Shown here in pieces: positions 13,001-23,221 of a stretch of DNA of 64,000 bases (position 1 is the first letter of the stretch; every line of letters starts with the position of its first letter). Under the pieces are notes generated by a model, which was not told the DNA's origin, searched no databases, and was given only the letters and a program-made list of their open reading frames with translations. The position numbers were made by a program, and so were the translations under genes. The DNA is from Takakia lepidozioides (lineage: Eukaryota; Plantae; Bryophyta): the NCBI GenBank assembly GCA_030704615.1, contig CM060734.1, positions 27,528,001-27,592,000 on the forward strand. Direction: 5' to 3'.

Positions 13001-15902
13001 GGTGACGACGAATGCGCAAGAGCAGCTGGACACACAAGCACATCAGTTCAAGATGGAGATATCTCCTGCAGCAGAGAGCCTACGTGACTATGTGACGAGG
13101 TACTTTCTGCTCTACAAAACCAACCTATTCTTTCGCCATATAGTTCCAGCCCTATTGCCGCCAGGGAGCCATTTCGGTCTAACCTACGGTGGCTGGCCAG
13201 GAACTGGAAATTCGGCGCCGTTTCCAGTTCTAGCCCTATTGCCGTCCAGGACTTAGCCATTTCGGTAAGTCCCTAGGTGGCTGGCCCGGAACTGGAAATT
13301 CGGCGCCGTTTTCCAGTTCTAGGCCCTATTGCCGTCCAGGGACTTAGCCATTTTCGGGCTAAGTCCCTAGACTGGCTGGCCTGAACTGGAAATTCGGCGC
13401 CATTTTCCAGTTCCAGGCCGTATTGCCGTTCAGGGACTTAGCCATTTTCGGGCTAAGTCCCTAGACTGGGTGGCCCTGAAGTGGAAATTCGGCCATATTC
13501 CAGTTGTAGGCCCTATTGCCGTTCAGGGACTTAGCCATTTTCGGACCTCATTGTGTTTTTCATGAATGCAGGTACTGTAAGTTCTCCCTTTTGGAGAAAG
13601 GTCATCTGTCTTCGAGCCACCATTCTTCCTGGCATGGAGGAACCCTGGGGCTGACTCCATGTACACTGACGATATTGTGAAGGAGTGGCATCTGGAACAT
13701 TTGCGTGATTGCCCTTGGTATGTGGACCTTCCGCCCGGCTCGCTCGACCCATCCGAGTTTCAATTGAAGCTGGATGCTGAATTCCGACGAAACCGGGCTC
13801 CGCTGCCTCCGTTGGGTGCAAAAGAGGCAAAAGCGCTTGCGAACTCCAGGAAAGCGGCAGAGCTTGCTCAGGCAGGAATTCAGGAGAAATTGCATGAGAA
13901 GAGTAAAGGTCAAAGGAAAAGGACAAGGAAACAGGTGACTGCAGTAACACCCAAAAAGAAGAAAACCATCGGGCATCGGAGGAGGCGCAGGAGGGGACCA
14001 AGAGAGTGACTCCGACGCCGATTTTGTTCAAGGTCCTGCGACTGCTGTTGCTCCTACCCAGTCACCGGTCGTCCGGGTTCCCAAGTCAGTTCGGAGTGGG
14101 ACTGGCTCTGCCAAGAAGTTGGCATTTGAGGGCGAGCCTACACGGCGGTATTCGGCGGTGACGTTTACGCACAGGCCAAAGCTAGAACCTCCAACCATCA
14201 TCCAATGCGTCAATGAGAGCTTCCTTGACGCTCTCGCTGCCAGGGCGAAGAAGGTGGCACACAACAGTCTCTGGCGGAGCAGAAGGGGAAAGCCAAGAAG
14301 AGGGCTGCCGGTACAGAGCCTAAAGACACCCCTGGTTTTGAAGCCATGATGGAATTCTTCACGGCTGTGAGCACGAATTGCAAGAGCACTCGGGGGGGGG
14401 TTGAGGTGGAGAGAGCTTGCGACATGATTCTCCTCGACATTCCAGATGGGGAGCTGCTGGAGGGCCTGGATGGTGTGCCCACCTGGAACAGGTTTACTGA
14501 GGACTACTGGAAAGCCGGGTTTGGGCTGGCGGGGATGCTTCTGGATGACGGTGGATGTGTGGTTGTCCTTGCCACGAGAGGGAAGACCACAGAGAATGCG
14601 GTGGCAAGGTGGACACCGAAAAGTGTCACCCCGGTCCTCCTCAGAAAATGGTTCTGCATCAGTACGCAGGGGTTGCGAACAGAGGGCCAAAGTGTAAGTT
14701 ATCAATCTATTGCATTCACTTCATATTGTGGTGTATGTTAAGTAGACCCTGGAATTGATCCCTTCTTTGTTGGATGTGCAGACATTGGTGTTTGAGGCAT
14801 ATTGCTTTGTGAAGAGAGGGTCATACGTTCAAATTCCGCACGACGGTCGTCTTGTTGATGCGCTGTGGACCCTGTAACTACGATGTCCTCTACACTATGT
14901 GCCCCACTCTAGTATGCCGAAGGACACAAAGACAGGCAACGTGGCGGTACAAGCCGGACCCGGAGCCCTGCTTTCATCCAAACCCTCATGGAGACGTGCT
15001 CGGATGTCCGGGCGGATTTCTGGACTTCACATGCGGCACGGGTAGCCTTCACGTGCTCAGTTTGTCCCCGGCCCCATTGCAATTGCATGCCGCAAGCTAT
15101 TAACCGCCCGCTTTGTTCCTCAGGTGCTTCATGTGGGCAGGGATGTTGTCCGACAGGCATGTGTTCGCCTTCGAGCCAGATACTGCCCTCCACAACTCGG
15201 ACTTGCAGCGGCTGAACTCTGCCGAAAGAGGAAGAGGCATCATCGAGGATGAGGAAAAATCCGAGAAGGAGCAGGGGGAGGAAGTTGGGATCGAGGCCGA
15301 GGAGCCCCCGGTTTTACGAGTGAGTGGTGCATTGTAAGTTGCCTCCAGATTTTGTGAGGCACCTCCCTCCCTCTCTTATTTCATTGAAAACCCTTTCTGG
15401 TTGTGCTGTATTGACATTCTTGAAGTGGATTTGTTCTTACTGTAGGATGCCAAGTACTGCCGGAGGGACGTCTACACCGGAGTTCATGGGCAGGAGGACG
15501 TGCCTTTTTTGCCAGGGGGGATTTCATGCCTAGTCCAGAAAGGGAGTACATCCTTCCTACTTATGCTGCCCGGCTTGCTTCGTGTCGCCATTAGGAGTGT
15601 GTTCCGAACGTAGTCGTGTACAGCAGATTTTAGACGAGGCAAGCCTCAAGAAAATGAAGATGAGGGAGGAGGCAGCACTATTAGAGCCCGTCGGCCTCGT
15701 AGATTTGTGTTGGATTCTGCTGAGGAAAGTGGGGAGAAGACGCAGAAGATTCCCAGGAGGTGAGGTGGACAGTCCCCAAGGAGAGGACGGGATTTTTGAG
15801 AGGCATAGTGGAACTGATGCATCACAGAGCTCGGAGGATGAGGGGGATGAGGGGGATGAGGAAGAAGGTGGGGCAAGTTCCTCGGAGGGTGTAGGAGAGT
15901 AG
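10040..15902 (+). CDS. Multi-exon gene: N-terminal ParB/Srx-like domain + C-terminal beta-class (N6/N4-type) DNA methyltransferase-like domain; frameshifted in this copy
   Basis: MFYVWDGNHRLLAW (DGNHR 11849-11863); CDMILLDIPDG..VPTWN..LDDGGCVVVL (motif IV region, from 14421); FIQTLMETCSD..FLDFTCGTG (motif I, 15017-15043); after an intron, FMWAGMLSDRHVFAFEPD. GT-AG introns at about 12003-12121, 12311-12427, 12698-12780, 12907-13001, 14693-14781 and 15042-15124. Start and end coordinates are approximate. Confidence 0.7.
13150..13545. repeat. Intronic tandem repeat, about 90 bp x 4.4, two hairpins per unit
   Basis: Each unit has AGGGACTTAGCC..GGCTAAGTCCCT and GAACTGGAAATTCGGCGCC..TTTCCAGTTC. 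Confidence 0.9.
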
Positions 15903-16084
15903 TGCCCATTCCGGCTATGACAGTTAGAACACACTTGTATAGACAGGCTTGCCAAAAATTTGCAATAAAATGTTGCATTTCAAGTCCCCTGGTGCCACAT
16001 TCCAACTTCACATGACCCTATTTCCGTGCCTCCTAACCCTATTTCCGTGGACTCACAATGGTCTGCTCGTGTTTTTTTTTTTTT

Positions 16085-16122
16085 CCGCTCATCTCATGCC
16101 GCTCATGAAATAGCAGCCCCCC
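16085..16122 (-). repeat. Right TIR of the MULE-like family
   Basis: gctcatctcatgccgctcatgaaatagcagcccccc is the reverse complement of the left terminus type. Confidence 0.75.
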
Positions 16123-16276
16123 ATTGAAGTTGTGAGTATGGTCTCGGCGTCGTTCCATGCTTTGTCAGGGGACTGCGCGAGGTTTGCTCCGAGGGGTGCT
16201 CGTGCTTGCAGAAGGGTGCTCGTTCACAAAGGTTTGCTGATCCTAAGCAGTAAACCGTGAGGACACGACTTTTTGA

Positions 16277-17333
16277 GATGGGGAGGGATAATGTTAGAGG
16301 GCTGTTTGGGACTTAGACAGTTTTACGGGTTCTGTGGGGTACCCTTAATTTTGCGCAGACTTACGGATGGTAGACTCAGACCAACACAGGCCTTAGGGTT
16401 GGCAAAAAGGCTCACACAGTCAGTCACAGGCTTGCAACACCTATCAACAGCCCGACACAGTCTATCACAGTCTATCACAGCCTATCATAGCCTAACACAA
16501 TCAGACATAGCTTGACACAGCCTGCCACAGTCCGACACAATCTATCACAGTCCAATCACAAGCCTATCACAGCCTTCACAAACAATCCCACAGCACCACC
16601 TTCACACAACCAACACAGCTGACACAATCACAGCCCGGCTTGGCACAACCCGTCACAGCGTTCACAGGGGACGGTTATCATTGGCAGGGAACGATTATGT
16701 GGGAACGACATCTGCAGAGGGAACGTGTGTTCTGTCTTGGATGACAGTTAGTTAGTTAGGCAGTTAGAACAGCTTGTAGGTAGAATAGGCAGAGTAACGA
16801 CATGGAGGGGGTCACTTATGATAGCACTTCTTGGACGTCACGGGGGGAGATCACGGCTTGGACATGTTTATGGCATCATAGCGGAGAGCACAATCTGGGA
16901 GCACAGGGATGGAGTTTACACAGAGGAGGAGATACGACGAGATGATGCTTGATACATGCAAGCTGTAGAGATGCACTGTAGAGCAGATTAGAGACACCAT
17001 GGCTTCGGCCTGATACATGATAGATATTAATATGATTCCTATTTCATATTCACACCGTGTAGAGAGATATGAGTGAAGCTGCGGAATGACTGCTTGAGTA
17101 GATGGAACATGGTAGATTGCAGAAGCAATCTGATACTTAATCATAGACAGTAAGGTAACTTGCTAACATGAATGCGAGAAGGAATACAAATAGGAAGCAC
17201 CCCCATGATACACTAGTTGTAGGTCATGACTGATTGTTCTGAGCGGGCTGAGTACTTAGAGATTTCCAACTCTTCTATCTTGGAGTTTCCACCTCGGATA
17301 GCTAAGGGATGGGTGAGTAAAAGCCGCTCGACA
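16277..17333 (+). mobile_element. Polypurine tract + 3' LTR (16292-17333) of the Ty3/gypsy family at 53649
   Basis: GATGGGGAGGGATAA is followed by TGTTAGAGG...GCTCGACA; homologous to 53649-54715, with a near-identical 3' part and a CACAGC-rich tract. Confidence 0.9.
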
Positions 17334-17347
17334 TTTGCTTTTAACCA

Positions 17348-17645
17348 TTGCGAGTGTGTTCGACATACCTTATCAGAGGTACTTGTCGAGTATCATGTCA
17401 ATCAAAATTGATTGAAAGGGTGAACTCATCCTTCGGTGTTCAAATGAGTTTCGATTGCTTTCAATCTTTGTGAGTGTGTTCGACATACCTTGTCAGAGGT
17501 ACCTATTGAATATCAGGTCAATCAAAATTGATTTAAAGGGTGAACCCCATCACTTTTTTGCTGTGCAAATGATCGCGAGTGTGTTGGACATACCTTGTCA
17601 CACGTTCCTCTCAAGTATCAGGTCAATCAAAATTGATTCAAAGGG
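17348..17645. repeat. Satellite-like tandem repeat of about 110-120 bp, about 2.6 copies
   Basis: gagtgtgttcgacatacctt.tcagaggtac...tatcaggtcaatcaaaattgatt.aaaggg recurs at about 17351, 17471 and 17577. Confidence 0.85.
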
Positions 17646-20600
17646 ACAATATGTGAATTCTATAAAATATATTGTGATATCTGATGATGGTGTAGACGGG
17701 GTGGCAGAGTCAGCGGGTAGGCCCTGGACTAGAGAATGTCCAGGCATAGTCTAGTGGGGCATGTGCAAGATACGTGAGGTTGATAGATACATGGAACGAG
17801 CCAAGTAGGTAAAGTGTGGTCGGGGGGCCGGCCCTGGTAGGTGCCAGCGTTGACGAGTGTAAACCATCTGGTTGTATGACGTTGTAAGAGGAGCTTGTGG
17901 ATGTGCCATACGGCGTGGTTATGACGAGTGATTCGCAACCCGTGGATGACAAGGTGCGGACATTCGCTGAGAATATGAGGCCAGGTGTCACGTTTAGCAT
18001 GGAGGTGGGAGTAGAGTGGGCAGTGCGGGGATGGATATAGGGTTGGCCAGAAGGTATGTTTGCGTTGGTGGCCCATGTATTGAGCATATCTAAATTTGAG
18101 TGTTTGCCGTATTTGAGCATCTGAGGCGGCTTTAGAGTTCCAGAAGTGGTTTGATAATTTATGGTGCAAGACATTGGAAAGGGTCCATTTTTGGATATAA
18201 AGTTTGGTGTGACTGAGAGAGGTTGAAGCTTGTTTGTTGGCTTCTTTAGTGAGGGTTTTAAGGGGGTTTCGGATTGGGCGGGTGTTGGAGGGTCAGGTAC
18301 CGGGTAGATTATCCAGAAGGGATGTGCATGGGTGATGTGAATGGGGTCGGCTGGTGGTTCAACTGAGGGTTTAGAGGCTCCTAGCTGTGCTAGGAGGTTT
18401 GCCTCTTCATTGCCAGTAATACTAGTGTGCGAACGAACTTTGAGAAAGTGGATGGGTTTATCGATGGTAATTGCTAAGTTGGCAATAGCAGAGATAAGGT
18501 TGCGGTCGGGGTGGTGGAGGTGGGAGGAGGGGTAGGTCAGGTGGTTTCTAAGTAAAAAGAGTGAATTGAGGCTGTCTGTAAAAATGTAGTATGGTAGGGG
18601 GAATAGGGTGAGTTGTGACAGGGATTCAAAGATGGCCATTAGCTCGGCCCGGAGAATGGTGGCGGGTCCAGGGAGCCTATCGGCCGTCCCTTTGTTGGTG
18701 GCGGCATGAAAGACGCCATATCAAGCGAGGGAGCCAGACTGGGAGCCATCCGTGTACAATGTGAGTGGAGTGGGGGGTATTTGGGGGAGGTGGGCCCAGC
18801 GGGGGGTCGTGAGGGGTTACATGAGGGGGGTTGTGGGGTCGGGGTGGGATTTTGTCCCAGATTGTGTGAGTTTTTTGTTTAGACGGTGGTCGGGTGGGAG
18901 GACAGTGGCTCGCTTGGGGTGTGTAAGTGGTGAATAGCATGTCATGGGTATCAGATAGAAGATGTTTAAGTTGTGTAGGGAAGTCGGGGGGTATAAGGGT
19001 GTGGGGGTTATTATGGACAAGCAGAATTAATGTCAGAGTAGGCTCTTTGTGTCGCAAGTATTTAGGGAAGGGTAGGTTTCGCGTGTAGCGAAGTTGGTTT
19101 GGTTCAATGGCGGCTAATGTTGTTACCCCATGGGGGAGTTGGAGTAAGGGGTGATGTTGAGCATGTGACTTTTGTTCCGTGAGAATTATGATAGTGGCAG
19201 AGGAGGGGGAGGAACGGGCCGCAGGCGAGCCCATTGGAGGGCTTCATGTGTGAGGTGTCCAAGTGGCGGGTGGGCAAGGCCATAACCTGACCATGTGTGT
19301 TGAGTCGCGGTGCCTTTAGCCCTGAATACACAGTCTTTAGGGTATGGGCTGTCATAGGAAGAGAGTTCAAGAGGACATGTGAGTGGACTTGAGTAGTAGG
19401 TGTGAGTGACTTGAAAAGAGGTGATAAGAAATTTGAGGATATTCGCCGGGACGGTGCTATGGGCATAGGCTTGAGCTAATTTGTCAGGGGTACGAGGTTT
19501 TTTAGTGGGGGTATTGCGTAAGTATCTGGCGACTAGCCAGCATACTTCAGTGGCGAAGTCTTGCCTAGGGGGTTGAAGCTGGTTAGTGTAGATGGCGGAG
19601 GCAGTATATCGCTCCCAGAGCCATGCGATCCTTGTGTGAGAGATTGTTCCTACAAATTGTCCATGGAGTGTGTATATGTTAGTTACGGAATGGCTTGGGC
19701 AGAGGACAGGGTGGATTTGGTCAATGTCTTTGTCAGGGTTACATTCGGAGATTGTTATCCATATTTTTGGGGCAGCAAGTGGGGTGTGGATGTATCTGTC
19801 ATCCCTTGATTGGGTTTGGGAGACATGTTGTTGGTGGAGGTGGGTTAGGTATTTAGTGTTAGTCGATTTGTGGAAATTAGTCAGGAGGGTGAGGTTGTGA
19901 ACGGGGTCGCAATCTTCATGGTTGCCAAAGAGGTCATCTTCTATTTGCCATGTGTTATCTTCAATGGGATAGTCGGCCCATTTACAAAGATAGTATGTAT
20001 CGACATATGTGGCGCAAAAGGCGTCTAGTGAAGTTTGGGTTTTGATGCCATGGATAGCCTCAATAACAAAGGCTTCTGGGTGTTCTGGGTTTGTTGGGTA
20101 GGAGTTAAGTGTTGGGGCGGTATGATTTGGGGAGCTAGGGGGGGTAGATTGGGATGGAGTAAGAATGGGGAGTGGGGAGGTGGTGGTGGGGGGGGTCCCG
20201 TGTGGGATGTTCCATGCATTTATGGAGTTTTTTAGCTGCTGGAGTATTGAGGTGACTGGAGCTATTCTGAATTCTGGGAGGAGGTCTTGCTGGTTGTGTG
20301 GGAAGAGTAGACAGGGAAAGTCACAATCCGGGGTACATGAGACCGTTGGGTGGCAAAATAGAGAACAGAGGTGTGTAGATATCTACATGTTTGGATGGTG
20401 GATTGAGAATGTCTTATGGTGAATTGTGTGGGTGTTAAGAGCCGTGTCCCCGTGGCAGTGGTAAGTTGGATAAGGCTAGAGATACTACGTTGTTTGAAGT
20501 ACACCAAAATGAGTTTTTTCTATCGTGGGGGGGAGTGTTCAAATTGTGTGTGGGAGGGGTTTTGAAGCCATGCACGTTCAAGTTGGGAGATGGTGTTGGG

Positions 20601-23135
20601 ATAGCTTGGTAGGTCGGTTTGTATACTGATCTTCAGTTGTCTTAGGATAAATGGTGTGCGGGCGGTTGGGGAGTGAAGGCATGATTGGGGACAGAGGGTG
20701 GGAAGGGAATAAAGCCCATTGTATTTACCCGCTAGGTGTTTGAGGAGGCCTCTGAAAATGAGTCCTAAGCGACCAGGGTCGTTTAGGGCTTCTTGTAATT
20801 GTGAGCCAAGGGTGCGGGCGTATGAGATGATGAGGGACTAGAGCCATGCCATAGCTATTATGTGGGAGTTGGGTAAGAGCGTTCGGGGTGCTAGAGGGTA
20901 GGCCACATATACGTTTGGTGAGTTGAACAACATTTTTTTCAATTTGTTTGATGTCTGGTAAAGAGAAGGGGACGGCATGAAAGGCGTATTGTACTTGGGT
21001 TTTGAGGACTGTTTTGATGATGGCAAGCTTGGGGCAGATGGCAACCGGAGCTTTGAGGAGGGCTAGGCTTTTGTTGGTTAGTTTAGAGAGTATTGTGGAT
21101 TTCTATATTCTCCATGTGAGTGAGGGGACCAGTTGAATGCAAGATAGGTGTAGGGCTCATCTGGGCCTAAGAAGGGGAAGGGTTTTTGTTGGTAATGTAT
21201 GTGGAGTTTGCAGTGGGAGGCTATGGTGGATTTTGTGAGTTTGCTGCAATGTGTGGCGGCAGTGACTGCACATTGTGGAGGCTGAGCTCCTCCAGCCAGA
21301 CCATTGGTTGAAGCGGGCAAGTTTGTCCACCTGTCGGTTAAGATGTTGAGGTTTGTGTGCAAGTATGGCAAGGTCGTCAGCATAAGTTGATGTAGTGATT
21401 TCATTAGGGGAGGTTTTGTACTGGTAACCAAGGTTTCCACGGGCGAGCCATCTGAGCAAGGGTTCAAGGAATATGATGAAGAGATAAGGGCTCAGAGTGT
21501 CACCTTGAATGGTTCGACGAAGCTGGATGGGAATAGGAGGCATGGAACCATAGTAAGAACTAGCGTATTCTGTGGTGCTGTTGGTGTAGATGTTACCAAT
21601 GAGTTGGATAACATCTGTAGGGTATCCTAAATCTGTCATGACGGCGAGCAGGCGGGGGTGGTCTAGGGATCCGAAGGCATTTTTGAAGTCAATGTAGAGA
21701 AGATAAATGTCTTGTTTGGTGCGTTTTGCATCTTCCAGAGCTGACATGACATATTGTATCTATTTGGTGGTACTCCGCGTAGCACGAAAACCTTCTTGTG
21801 GGTCGCTGAGGATCCGGTGTTGTTCCCCATAGGTAGACAGCATTGTTGTCAGGGTGGGGTGAATTGTTTGTATATAGTGTTAGCTAGTGCGATAGGCCTG
21901 TAGTTACCAAGGTCCGTGGGGTCACATTTTTTGAATAGTAGTATGGTCTGCTATGCTTCCAAGAGTGTGGTCTACAGTGGAGCTGGTAGCAGAGTTGGAA
22001 AAATTTAAAGATGAGGTCATGAAATCTAGGTTCGAGTGCTTGGAGGATGGCATTGGGTATGAGGTCTGGGCCTGGCGCCTTGGCCTTGGATAGGTTTTTG
22101 GGGCATGAGTCGTATAGGTCTCTTGTGAAGAGATTCAATATACGGTTTGTAGGGGGGCTGCATTTTTCTAGGGAGAGGCCGTCAAGGTCGTGCCACGGGT
22201 AGTGCTTGACTTTGCATAAACAAGTGGATGCGTGTTGGCTTGGATGCAGGCAATTAGAGACTGTGGGTGTGTATGAAGTCGATGCCTGCGACCATATTTC
22301 TATCCCGAATGTCATCAGGTTTGGTTAATAGGTGGCCTAGTCCGTGTCTGAGACAGTCGATGGGGGGGGGGGGGGTAATTGCAGGATTGAAGATAGCTTT
22401 GTGGGCTCGTTTAGGGTGCTCATGTAATATTTTGCCAAAGGAGGCAACAATTTTTTTGTGATTGGCTGTAGCTTTTTCTTTTGTGATAAGGTATGCCGCT
22501 TTTTTTGCATTACGACCGATTTTGGATAGGGAGGCAAGCCATTGGGGAAGGGAGGGGGCTGGGTGGAGGTAGGAGCGGTGGGCATACTTGTAATGTATTT
22601 AAACAGGTTATGCGGGGATCGGTTCTCCAGTTGTTATATGTCGGGGGTGGGGAGAGGGGTATGACGGCAAGGGCCCGTCAGATGGTGTGGTAGATATTGA
22701 GGTGGGAGGACCATGCCCGTTTTTGGGTCCTAGTGAGATATCCGCCGTTTTGCTTTGAGCAGGCGGTTTGTGGGAGGTCTCGAGGAGCTGAGCATGTGGC
22801 TAAGACACTTTTGGTCATGTCTAGCATCATAGATGAGAGGATAATCTTGGCCTCGGTCCATGCGGCCTCGGGAGATAAGAGTGTATTAGTGTCTGAGAGG
22901 GTAGAGGAGATTTTATGTATGAAGGTAGAGGAGGCGGTGTGGAAGTGTTCTTGGAAGGCCTTGAGATTGTTTTGTGGGATGGGTGATAGAATTCTGGGTT
23001 GAGGGGGTGGGGGGTGTATATCCGGGAGAGGTCAGAAGGGGATAAGAGATGGGGGAATAGAGATAGAGATCGGGTAATGATCAGAATTGCATAGACTATT
23101 GATATGGACGTGGCTGTCAGAGTCGAGACACATTT
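17644..23135 (-). mobile_element. Degenerate Dualen/RandI-like non-LTR retrotransposon: APE end, RT, chromodomain, RNase H, Zn knuckle, RLE
   Basis: SDHYPI (APE C-terminus, about 23068-23085); KAPGPDLIPN, IDFKNAFGSLDH, IQGDTLSPYLF and YADDL (RT); AELMAI, FTDSLNSL and KVRSHTSITGNEEAN (RNase H); HCP..DTWPHILSEC..RHNHAV..RLCLDIL..IYFIEFTYC (RLE). Truncated at both ends. Confidence 0.85.
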
Positions 23136-23221
23136 CCTGCACAAGCACATGTTGAGGTTACAAGCAAGTTACAAATATGGCCAAGAATAATATTCAACGG
23201 GACGCGAATTCGTGCAACTCA

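Larger units (their letters stand above)
601..16122. mobile_element. Composite Mutator-like (MULE) DNA transposon with ParB-methyltransferase cargo, bounded by inverted termini
   Basis: Left end GGGGGTTGCTATTCCATGAGC (601) matches the reverse complement of the right end, GGGGGCTGCTATTTCATGAGC (16101-16121), at 19/21. Both ends carry CATGAG repeats. Contains a transposase fragment, palindrome arrays and two ParB-gene copies. No TSD, so probably a fusion of more than one element. Confidence 0.75.
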
